From a virus, in IMG/VR virus record IMGVR_UViG_3300030380_006721, positions 10,690 through 74,689 of that record: DNA of 64,000 bases; one strand, 5' to 3'. Numbering within the stretch: position 1 is the stretch's first letter; each line of letters begins with the position of its first letter. Below the pieces are notes generated by a model, which ran no database searches, was not told where the DNA came from, and saw only the letters and a program-made list of their open reading frames with translations. Below, piece after piece: positions 37,541-45,834 of this stretch. The position numbers and the translations under genes were made by a program.

Positions 37541-38148
37541 TGAGCATCGTTACAATTGACGATAAGTTCGACGACCTTTTTCTTCACCAGTTTTACGACA
37601 CTGTCAGTAATATTCCTGTCTGCCAAGACAACGTAGCTAATAGATATTCATTTCCTTACGGCAAAAAAGGAACGCACACACTACAAGGGCAGTGTATTTT
37701 TGCGAGGAATGGTATTAATAATGTCGCCGTTCTGTGGAACCCACCAGAGGTAGTCCAAGATTTCTTTCGAATTTTGGAACACGTTGAAAGCATCATGTGT
37801 CAAAAATATTTTTTACACCGCATAGATTTAAATGTTCAACATAAAGGAGCCGATGGCTGCAGTCATACAGATGCTGAAAATACTGAAGATCTGACGATCA
37901 TGATGATGACTAGCCCTATCTGGAAACCAGAGTGGGGAGGTCAGTTTGAAATTATGAATATGGAGGAGACTGAAGTTGCTCAGAGTTTTGACTATGTCCC
38001 TGGACGTGTAATAGTTTTTCCAGGAATTATTCCTCATCGAGGATTAGGACCTGTCAAGGATGGTGTTTATCGGTCGACCGTCGTTTGGCGTGTCACACCT
38101 TTAGATATTTATATGAAACGTGTAGCAAAAACAAATCGATTTAGTTAA
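37540..38148 (+). CDS. 2OG-Fe(II) oxygenase
   Basis: SHTD...WKPEWGG...PGRVIVFPGIIPHRG...R; TAATG coupling. Confidence 0.8.
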   Translation: MSIVTIDDKFDDLFLHQFYDTVSNIPVCQDNVANRYSFPYGKKGTHTLQGQCIFARNGINNVAVLWNPPEVVQDFFRILEHVESIMCQKYFLHRIDLNVQHKGADGCSHTDAENTEDLTIMMMTSPIWKPEWGGQFEIMNMEETEVAQSFDYVPGRVIVFPGIIPHRGLGPVKDGVYRSTVVWRVTPLDIYMKRVAKTNRFS

Positions 38149-38333
38149 CCGTCTTCCTCTTCATCCGTGTGGTTAATTACTTCCCAGTAACCAATCGTTG
38201 TTTCTTTTTCAATGAAGCCAAGTAAATTGGCAAGGGCCTGATCAAGTAGCTCTTGATCTTCTTCTGACAACTTCTCTCCGGTTTCGTCGATCTCTTGATC
38301 GCGTTCATCTTCGTGTTCTTTAGACATCATCAA
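38145..38333 (-). CDS. small very acidic protein
   Basis: About one third D/E residues. Confidence 0.55.
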   Translation of the reverse strand: MMMSKEHEDERDQEIDETGEKLSEEDQELLDQALANLLGFIEKETTIGYWEVINHTDEEEDG

Positions 38334-38526
38334 ATTGCCTCAAGTAAGCTTGGCGGGCTTCTTCATCGATTTTTTTACGTAGGTAATCTATGTTGTCGTC
38401 GACTAGATGTTCGCTAGAGACATACGTAGCGAACATAAAACCGTCTCGTTTAACCTCCACTCTTATAAGCTCAGGACCTTGCGTGTCGATAGAGATCTCT
38501 TCTTCACTCACGATTGATGATTCCAA
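38320..38526 (-). CDS. hypothetical protein
   Basis: Coupled ORF; YVSSEHLV motif. Confidence 0.55.
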   Translation of the reverse strand: MESSIVSEEEISIDTQGPELIRVEVKRDGFMFATYVSSEHLVDDNIDYLRKKIDEEARQAYLRQFDDV

Positions 38527-39068
38527 GGGTTTGCGGGGACTGGAGCTTCTGTCGTTTGTCGAGGCGCTGTTACCTGTGCTAACTGAGCTGCACGAATCAT
38601 TTGTCGATGCTGCTCGAGTTCTTGAGAGAGAGCTGCATTCTGTTGCTGAGCCCAGTTTTGGGCGTTGACTGACAGCTCCTCTAAGACATTTGTATTGTGA
38701 GGAAAATTGAAAGTTGCGCCAACCCCTTTGTTGTTATTTATTTTAGTTGCGCCTGTAGTTTCGGCGAGAGCACTCAGAAAGCCGTGGGCTTGATCGATAC
38801 TGACATTTGCAATAAAAGAAAGTTCAACAGGATCAACTAAACCTCGATTACGTTCGTACATGGCACTGAACGCACCACTGACCCTGTGAGCGACTTCTAA
38901 ACCCTCGCGAGATCGACGATTTTTTTCATCGCTAGCTGAGACGCCAGCCATTGCACCTCCTACAAAAGCAAGAGGTGCGCCGAGAAAAATAGGAGCTTTG
39001 ACAGCAGTAACGACTGCTGAAGCCCCTCCGATCAGGATGATCAACGCAAATGCTTTAGGTGTTCGCAT
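38508..39068 (-). CDS. two-TM membrane protein
   Basis: Start placed at MRTPKAF; two N-terminal TMs, then a soluble domain. Confidence 0.6.
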   Translation of the reverse strand: MRTPKAFALIILIGGASAVVTAVKAPIFLGAPLAFVGGAMAGVSASDEKNRRSREGLEVAHRVSGAFSAMYERNRGLVDPVELSFIANVSIDQAHGFLSALAETTGATKINNNKGVGATFNFPHNTNVLEELSVNAQNWAQQQNAALSQELEQHRQMIRAAQLAQVTAPRQTTEAPVPANPWNHQS

Positions 39069-41826
39069 CGTGTTTGTTAAAACTGTTTTCCCATTTAGCA
39101 AACTCAGGCTCTTGTGCAAACTCCACCGGGTTGGGAAGTCTGGTGTCACCGTGAGATGCGCGATCTGATGTTAGATCAAATGGCTTAAGCCGCAAACCTT
39201 TGATAGCAGCCAAACCATTTTTAGTAGTTGTGGTGCAGTGTGGAAGCTTGAGGATATTGCAGAGAGTTTCCATTGTGCGTTCAACAAATCTTGGTTTTGC
39301 AGCAGCTTTGTACCCGCACGCCTTACAAAAATTGGCGTAGCTTGCGTAGAGCTCAGTGAATGCATTCTTCACATACATACCCTTTTCAGACTCATCAGTG
39401 CTGGGTCTGGCTGCTCCCCTTCCGACAACAGTCGCAGTGTTAGGCGCGTACAAGCAGCACTCAGCCATCCAGGCGACGTACTGATTGTTGAAGACAAGTG
39501 CGTCGATATTAGTCCTTGCCAGTGAAGGAGCGTGTTTTACTGGGTTTGCGAGCACATCTCTCATGTCCTCAAACGGCATTGACAATGCCCAAGAAACAAT
39601 TCCAGGAAGCTCCTTAACAAAGTCTCCTTCGAGCCTGTCGCCGTAAACAGAGAGCAGTTCACGTCTTTGACTCGGAGGGACTACCTGGTCCATAACGATG
39701 GTCAGTCTTCGTCTTTCAAGTCCACTCGTTGAGTCGTTAGAGCTGATGTGCTCATTACTCGCAATACACACCAGACACTCTGGTTTGAAGCTGATAATTT
39801 CTTTTCCGTACTTGCGCTCAGCACGCAAGGTGTCTGAAGCAGAGGTGAGCTTTTTGAGCACGTCCATCCGCTTGTTGTAATTAGATTCATCCGTCAACAG
39901 CAGAAGGCGTTTACCGATGAGGTTGTAACTCTCAAATTTGTTTGTCTCAATCAACTCGAGGCTTGACGTGTGGGTGCTGTTGAAACCCGCAAGGGCAATC
40001 ATCAGCTGTTGCATGGTCGATTTACCCGTACCACCAGGACCCACAAGGTGTAGAAACCGTTCGCCTGAGGTGTAGCCGGTAAGCAATGCTCTCGCAAAAG
40101 CTTGAATCAAACGTCCTTGTCCTTTACGCAGTGAAGAATCCAACCACGCAAGAAATTTTGGGCACTTACCTTGCTGGTCCCACTCATAAAGAAGTCTGCT
40201 TCGGAAGAAAAGATCTTTGTTTTTGCCTGGCTCGAACTCAAAAGTTTCACTGTCAAGAGCACCATTTGAGAATGGGATGTAACCTCTACCTTTGTTAAAG
40301 ATGCTTGTTCGTCCTCCGTTTAGCGAACGAAGCATTTTTGCCTGAAGCATCGCGTAGACGCTGTTGACAGTCGATGATTGATACTTAGGAAGGACGCCAG
40401 CAGATACAAAAGTATCTAGAGCATTAACAATTCTTTTCTTGACGTGCATTTCATCTTGCACGTACCAAATACCTGTATCGTTGTCGTAGGTATAAAAATT
40501 GTCGTGAGTGCTGTCGTATAAATAATTATCGCCCTGATTAGTGGCAATAATTTCAGCGACATCATTCTCTGCAAAAGCCCTGTTCTGCTGTTGAGCGTTC
40601 TGGAGGTTTACTAACTGTGCTGGTGTTTGTGGTGTCGACACTTGGTCTTGCCTCTCTGGTGTTTTTGTTGGTGTTGTTGTTTTCGTTGTGGCTGGCGATT
40701 CGTCTAGAGAGAAATCATCGAAGGTAAGAATTGAATTGACAGACTTAGCTCTTGTCTGCTTAATCCCTTCTTTGATTTCATCGGACGCAATCTGATTGAA
40801 AGCTTCTAAGTCAACAGACTTGAGTCTTTTCCAAGCAGCGATATCATCGTGCTCCGATGCCATAACGATAGCCGGTCTGATGGACTCGACGTCTCGAATG
40901 CTTTCGACTATTCGGGTGAACTTGCCATCGATCTCCGCAGGGTACGCATATACAGCATAGAACGCACGGTGTGCTACTGTCAAGGGCGAGACTCTTGATG
41001 AGATCCCGTTATCTCTTAGCCAATTAGTCCAGCCCAAAATCTCTTTGACTGCTCTTGTGACAGCAAGAGACCGATCGTCTACTGGTTTCCCTTCAAGAAT
41101 GTCTTTGACAGAGCGAGATACAAGCTTTTCTAAACTCACTCCGTCTTCTTCAATGACTACATCTTCAAGAGCGTCGGTAACGTCGAACTTTGAGCCCAGA
41201 CTTTCTTTAGGTAATGAATGAAAAACTTTTAGAGCTTCGTCAATTTTTGAGGAAGGGATAAATTTATCGCTTGTATAGAGAATGCCGTCCTTTGATTTTG
41301 AACCGTAGAAAAGATTCGGGACCTGTGTGGCTCGTATATCTGAACCAGGGATGTCTTTTGAAATAGCCCTAGTAAACCACTGATAAAAATCTCCATCGAA
41401 GATCGGTTTTTCTAAACCAAATACGAGTCTGAATCGAGGCCAACCAGGTTTAGTGGAGGGCGAATCGTAAGCCAGAGATAAATACTTTTTGCAAATATCT
41501 AATTGTTGCGCCTGCTCCCAAGTCAACTCTTGCTTTTGGATTTTATTACCGTCTTGATCTTTGCCGTCTGCTTGATTATCAATATCGATAATTATCAACC
41601 CAGCGTGGATTAAACCTGTCTCTCCTTTAACTCTTTTGCCGTTGACCAGGTGCCATGCACATAAACCTTTCGACTGAGCTACCTCTTCCGCGATTTGATC
41701 TGCAGATAAATTTTGTGATTCCCAGCCGCTGTTGAAGGAACTGTAGTCACCACCTGCCTCGATCTTGCCCGATACTGCATCAAGCGCCTGAACTACTTTC
41801 GTGTTTACCGAGCAAATAAAATGCAT
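39055..41826 (-). CDS. DNA primase-helicase (primase-like N-terminus + D5/P4-type SF3 helicase)
   Basis: IIDIDN, YDSPS...PRFRLVF; IPFSNG, GPGGTGKST, LLLTDES, IASNE, GLERRR. Confidence 0.9.
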   Translation of the reverse strand: MHFICSVNTKVVQALDAVSGKIEAGGDYSSFNSGWESQNLSADQIAEEVAQSKGLCAWHLVNGKRVKGETGLIHAGLIIIDIDNQADGKDQDGNKIQKQELTWEQAQQLDICKKYLSLAYDSPSTKPGWPRFRLVFGLEKPIFDGDFYQWFTRAISKDIPGSDIRATQVPNLFYGSKSKDGILYTSDKFIPSSKIDEALKVFHSLPKESLGSKFDVTDALEDVVIEEDGVSLEKLVSRSVKDILEGKPVDDRSLAVTRAVKEILGWTNWLRDNGISSRVSPLTVAHRAFYAVYAYPAEIDGKFTRIVESIRDVESIRPAIVMASEHDDIAAWKRLKSVDLEAFNQIASDEIKEGIKQTRAKSVNSILTFDDFSLDESPATTKTTTPTKTPERQDQVSTPQTPAQLVNLQNAQQQNRAFAENDVAEIIATNQGDNYLYDSTHDNFYTYDNDTGIWYVQDEMHVKKRIVNALDTFVSAGVLPKYQSSTVNSVYAMLQAKMLRSLNGGRTSIFNKGRGYIPFSNGALDSETFEFEPGKNKDLFFRSRLLYEWDQQGKCPKFLAWLDSSLRKGQGRLIQAFARALLTGYTSGERFLHLVGPGGTGKSTMQQLMIALAGFNSTHTSSLELIETNKFESYNLIGKRLLLLTDESNYNKRMDVLKKLTSASDTLRAERKYGKEIISFKPECLVCIASNEHISSNDSTSGLERRRLTIVMDQVVPPSQRRELLSVYGDRLEGDFVKELPGIVSWALSMPFEDMRDVLANPVKHAPSLARTNIDALVFNNQYVAWMAECCLYAPNTATVVGRGAARPSTDESEKGMYVKNAFTELYASYANFCKACGYKAAAKPRFVERTMETLCNILKLPHCTTTTKNGLAAIKGLRLKPFDLTSDRASHGDTRLPNPVEFAQEPEFAKWENSFNKHDANT

Positions 41827-41892
41827 AAGACGCTTTGATGTCTCGCTATTCTGCCTCAACTTTGCTAAACCGACAGTGCTCGAAGCAAAGTT

Positions 41893-42681
41893 TTAAGACT
41901 GCTGTGCTTTTGGACGCACCTCGGTAAAGAATTTATCCACCAAGGCAAGCCAAGCCATCTCATCTTTCTCTACTTCGGTTTCACCAAAGGTAAAAACCTG
42001 TGTTTGATACTCTTCGATAGCGGTCGAAACGATTATTTGTGTCTTATTGATTTTAATTCCTAAGCACTTTTCCGCCGCTAATTTATACGCAGCCAATTGA
42101 AGCCGTGTCTTTTTAACTTTGAATACACCGGATATCAAGGCTTTCCGCGTCTTCTCATCAAGGTTTTGCTTTTTGTTCGGGAAGCGAGCACTGTACGGAC
42201 CAGCACTGGTTTTGAAGTCAGCTAAAACAATTTCAGCATTGTTATCCATATAAATAAGGTCACAGCACCCGGCATAACCATGCCCAGTATTTTCGTCGTA
42301 GTAAAAAATCCTACCGACTCCATCCTCACCTACATATTTTGACCACGCAGGTTGATTGAAAGGACGCTCGGACCAGAGAACACGACCACCCTCGAGTATC
42401 TCATCGCACCTCTCAGGCACCCCTGTCCAATAGTCTGCGTACTGTTTTGGAGGTACTACCTTCAGCCCTCGTAAATAATTTTCAGTAGCCTCGTGGATCC
42501 AAGTACCCCTAGCGGCTGCTGCATCAGCAACTCCTGGATTCATAATGTTCCAGTGAGCCAGCTTCTGCTGCGTTTTAGCAGACGCTGTGCTGCTTAAAAT
42601 TGATGTGACCGACGGTAAGTAATCTGGAACTCCTGGGCATTTATAATGCCTTAGACCGTTTATAGTTTTACGTGTGTCCAC
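41893..42681 (-). CDS. PD-(D/E)xK exonuclease
   Basis: LPSVTSIL, RGTWIH, YAGCCD...LADFKTS, LQLAAY. Confidence 0.85.
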   Translation of the reverse strand: MDTRKTINGLRHYKCPGVPDYLPSVTSILSSTASAKTQQKLAHWNIMNPGVADAAAARGTWIHEATENYLRGLKVVPPKQYADYWTGVPERCDEILEGGRVLWSERPFNQPAWSKYVGEDGVGRIFYYDENTGHGYAGCCDLIYMDNNAEIVLADFKTSAGPYSARFPNKKQNLDEKTRKALISGVFKVKKTRLQLAAYKLAAEKCLGIKINKTQIIVSTAIEEYQTQVFTFGETEVEKDEMAWLALVDKFFTEVRPKAQQS

Positions 42682-42699
42682 AATTTATTTTTACTAAGT

Positions 42700-43008
42700 T
42701 TAAAACGTTCCTAAGTCGCTGTCAGGTGGGTCTGACGGACTTGGATCGTCTAGAAAAAACTCACTCTTCTGGTAATCATATTCTTTGTTTCTTTGATCTA
42801 GTTCGCCCAGAAGACAGCGACCAGCTGAAAAAGAATCCGCTACTAAGTCTGCGATATCTTGAGGAGTTCTACCATTGCCAGCATGATCCACACACTCTTG
42901 GAGTAACTGATTACTCACCAAGAGAGCTGTAATGGTATCAAGTTTTTTATTTGTCTCCTGTTGCGCTTCTACCCATTGGGTTAGAAGTAAACTTAGGCGA
43001 CCTTTCAT
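42700..43008 (-). CDS. hypothetical protein
   Basis: ATGA coupling; acidic tail. Confidence 0.6.
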   Translation of the reverse strand: MKGRLSLLLTQWVEAQQETNKKLDTITALLVSNQLLQECVDHAGNGRTPQDIADLVADSFSAGRCLLGELDQRNKEYDYQKSEFFLDDPSPSDPPDSDLGTF

Positions 43009-43538
43009 TTTCTTAAAAAAGACTTTGGTCGCTGCCAGCTTACATCGAAATCAATTTTTGTCTCTCCCTGTGATGATTTAGTTTTGTCGTATACGAACCA
43101 CGCTGAAGTCACAGAGTCATTTGTTTTTCTATTATCCGCACGAAATATCGGACGAGGGTTCAAAACAATCAGGTTAGATAAAGGTTTTGAGTGTAGAAAG
43201 GTTGCACGATTCTTTGTTGGCTCAAGAAAAGTCAGTCGATCCAGGATTATCAGCCCTTTCTGGGCAAGCTCATACCCAGGCTCGAGGATCCAATCAATGT
43301 CCTTCCGCATACCGTGGGTGATTGCCAAGGTCCAGTCAAATTCAGGCAGAGCTTTCCACCAAGAAGGATCGAGATAGTCTGTATCGTTTGATGGAATAAA
43401 ACATTCAGTGATGCCAAAGGTATGTAGCTGACGTTGCAGACCTCCAAAAAGATCTGTAGGGAGTACTACCCTCCCTCCGCAGATCTTTCTTTCTGCAATA
43501 GGATTAAAAATATTGTCAGGGACTTTGTAGAAGCTCAT
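43005..43538 (-). CDS. DNA adenine methyltransferase-like fold lacking NPPF and the SAM-binding motif
   Basis: FYKVP...RLTFLEP...R...RPIF...DSVTSAWFVYDK match small phage MTases, but DWTLAITHGM replaces DWIITNPPF. Confidence 0.65.
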   Translation of the reverse strand: MSFYKVPDNIFNPIAERKICGGRVVLPTDLFGGLQRQLHTFGITECFIPSNDTDYLDPSWWKALPEFDWTLAITHGMRKDIDWILEPGYELAQKGLIILDRLTFLEPTKNRATFLHSKPLSNLIVLNPRPIFRADNRKTNDSVTSAWFVYDKTKSSQGETKIDFDVSWQRPKSFLRK

Positions 43539-43776
43539 GGGTGACTCCGATGATCTTAAAAAACGATTGAGAGACTACATGACCATGGAGCAAGAGTTTT
43601 ACCACTCTCAGTTCATGAACCGTGCAAGCAAAATCGAAAAAGTTGATGATTTAGTTGAGATACTAGATCTTCTTCATGCAAACTACCTTGTGCAGAAAAG
43701 ATTGTTCTCTGGCTTGGCGCTCGAGGCTGCTAGATCTGGCATCGAACTCCCGAGCATTGCTAAACTTCTCCAATAA
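43537..43776 (+). CDS. nblA: NblA-like protein (candidate 2)
   Basis: MTMEQEF...DDLVEILDLLHANYLVQKRLFSGL; two-helix NblA pattern. Confidence 0.55.
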   Translation: MGDSDDLKKRLRDYMTMEQEFYHSQFMNRASKIEKVDDLVEILDLLHANYLVQKRLFSGLALEAARSGIELPSIAKLLQ

Positions 43777-43798
43777 AAAAGGGCCGCCGAGGCGACCC
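43775..43798 (-). terminator. Rho-independent terminator
   Basis: - strand GGGTCGC-ctcg-GCGGCCC followed by T6. Confidence 0.8.
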
Positions 43799-43821
43799 TA
43801 AGGGGGTGTGAGGTAACCAAT

Positions 43822-44628
43822 TTAAACCGCTAAACCAGCGGCCTTCAAGGCTTCCTTCTGTTCCTTTGTTAATTCTTTACCTTCTGCTTTAGCTTCAGGA
43901 GGAGCTGACTTGGGTTCGCCAGCGCCTGGAGGTAGGGCTGCCAATCCCTCTGCTTTAGACGCTTCTAGCTGTGGGTGAGCTTCGTTAAAAGCAGCTTTGA
44001 TCTGCTCGTGATCAGCTCCCAGAGGTAGCTCGACCAGATTTGCACCGGAGATATGAGCTCGAAGTGCAGACGATACCAGCTCTCCTCCATCAGTGGTAAG
44101 CCACTTGTCAATATCTTCGACAAGAGATTTCTCCTCATCGGAATTGACAGGTCGATCAGAAAATTCTAATACGTTGTAGTTGATTTTCTGACCGTCAGCT
44201 CCAGTGACTGGATCACGTTCAGTGAAACTTCTTTGAGAAAATTTCGTCTGAGTGATTACTTCCGCAACATTGATGCGATTGTTGTAAAGCTGTTGGAAGT
44301 ACGAGATGAAATTTTTCTGACTGCTTTTGCCAGAGACAATAGCGGTAGTGACACAACGAGCAGGAAGTAACCGATGCGTAGGATCCACACCAATGAACGC
44401 AATCCTGATGAACTCCTGATGGTCTCGCATACCGAGGTTCCCATAGAAGGGTGTAAACCCGAGGAGTACAAATGAGATGGGTATCCCGTTGTCGTTTCCG
44501 TCAGTAATGGCGGAATCTGGATCGTTGTCCGACTTCCAGCGACGTTGTTGAAGATCGATCCTGAGAGTGTTGGGCGGGACTTGACAGAGAATTTCATCAG
44601 CCGCAAATTTTCCAGCGATGTAGACCAT
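43822..44628 (-). CDS. replication/recombination-associated protein (possible ssDNA-binding or annealing protein)
   Basis: 268 aa next to SSB; function assigned from context only. Confidence 0.45.
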   Translation of the reverse strand: MVYIAGKFAADEILCQVPPNTLRIDLQQRRWKSDNDPDSAITDGNDNGIPISFVLLGFTPFYGNLGMRDHQEFIRIAFIGVDPTHRLLPARCVTTAIVSGKSSQKNFISYFQQLYNNRINVAEVITQTKFSQRSFTERDPVTGADGQKINYNVLEFSDRPVNSDEEKSLVEDIDKWLTTDGGELVSSALRAHISGANLVELPLGADHEQIKAAFNEAHPQLEASKAEGLAALPPGAGEPKSAPPEAKAEGKELTKEQKEALKAAGLAV

Positions 44629-44630
44629 GA

Positions 44631-45278
44631 TTAGAGAGAGAAGTTGACAGTACCAATAGCCGCTGCATTGACTTGCCCTTTATCGGGGTCAGATGCTTTC
44701 TTGGGCGCGGACTTCGTGCCCTTTGGAAGATAAAGAATCTGATCCACTTGGTAGTTCAGATACTGTTTATCGTCCTTTTCACTTGTGCTGACGCGACCGA
44801 CAGCGATTGTGGGCGTGCCATTGGGCAGCTCAGACAACTGTTGAGAGTGTTCGTTCCAAGCGGTGAGCTTGAACCAGTTGGTCTCTTTGTCGTCAGGTGC
44901 TTGCCAAGCAATCGAGCGGTTTGTGACAGTTGAGTCACCAACTTCATTCTGCTCAGACTTAGGTCCAAGACCCCCGCAAGCCATGAAAGTATTGATTGCA
45001 AGAATGTCTGAGAAGTTCTCAGGTGAGACAACCAGCATGGGCTGCATTTGGAGAACTCCGTCAGGCGTGGCCTTAGTGGGACCAATCGCTAGAACTTCCT
45101 GCTTTTCTTTGAGATCCTTTAGAAGTTTGCCTACGTAATGATCAGCCTTTTGAACGAGCTGAATTTTTGTAGAGACACGTTTGTTTGAAGAAGGAAGTGA
45201 CTCAGCAATGACGTTGACTTTGTCGTCCTCGACAATTGCCTCATCTGTAATCCTGATCCCCATCAGAAAGACGTTCAT
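44631..45278 (-). CDS. ssb: single-stranded DNA-binding protein with two tandem OB folds
   Basis: INTFMACGGLG...ETNWFKLTAWN...GTPTIAVGRV; N-terminal half is a diverged second copy. Confidence 0.75.
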   Translation of the reverse strand: MNVFLMGIRITDEAIVEDDKVNVIAESLPSSNKRVSTKIQLVQKADHYVGKLLKDLKEKQEVLAIGPTKATPDGVLQMQPMLVVSPENFSDILAINTFMACGGLGPKSEQNEVGDSTVTNRSIAWQAPDDKETNWFKLTAWNEHSQQLSELPNGTPTIAVGRVSTSEKDDKQYLNYQVDQILYLPKGTKSAPKKASDPDKGQVNAAAIGTVNFSL

Positions 45279-45834
45279 TTTTTAGAATCCGGTAAATCGT
45301 TGATCGGTGTACGTTAAGAGCCTTGGCGATCTGCTGAACGCTTACGCCTTGGCTACGGAATGCTAAGAGCATCTGCTTGTCTCCGCCACCAAGTTTCGAG
45401 TTTTTTGATGTCAGATATTGGTTATGGTATGGATTCACACACATGGTATTACCACATGTCGTTTTAACAACATCGTCTCTACTTATGTCAAGATAACCTA
45501 GTACAAGTGGTCTAACGTAATATCGCTCACCTAGAGCATATACTGACGGGCATCCGTTTGTCACTGACCCGTTCCATATGTCACACTCTTTATGGTTAAA
45601 CCTGTTATAGGTTAGCTTTTCGTACAGCCTGGATAATTTTGTGGCTTTCGTTTTTCCGTAGCTCAATCTGAACCGATCAGCCTCAAGACTACGTGCAATA
45701 TCTAACGCTTGACCCTGAGCGTGGGCAGCGTCAAGCGCACTCAAAGATAGCTCTAGCTTTTTATCTCCCTTCCAAATAATTAATTTATAGTGTTCAGCCT
45801 CTGACTCGCGCCGCGATTTGGTCATAAAGACCAC
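45241..45834 (-). CDS. HNH-like (catalytic His absent) + HTH protein
   Basis: ECDIWNG...VVKTTCGNTMCVNPYH; GVSVQQIAKALNVHRSTIYRIL. Confidence 0.7.
   Translation of the reverse strand: MVFMTKSRRESEAEHYKLIIWKGDKKLELSLSALDAAHAQGQALDIARSLEADRFRLSYGKTKATKLSRLYEKLTYNRFNHKECDIWNGSVTNGCPSVYALGERYYVRPLVLGYLDISRDDVVKTTCGNTMCVNPYHNQYLTSKNSKLGGGDKQMLLAFRSQGVSVQQIAKALNVHRSTIYRILKNERLSDGDQDYR

Noticed and set aside
41893-42681. Cas4 / CRISPR adaptation gene
   Set aside because: Ordinary phage PD-(D/E)xK exonuclease without the four-Cys Fe-S pattern; no array nearby
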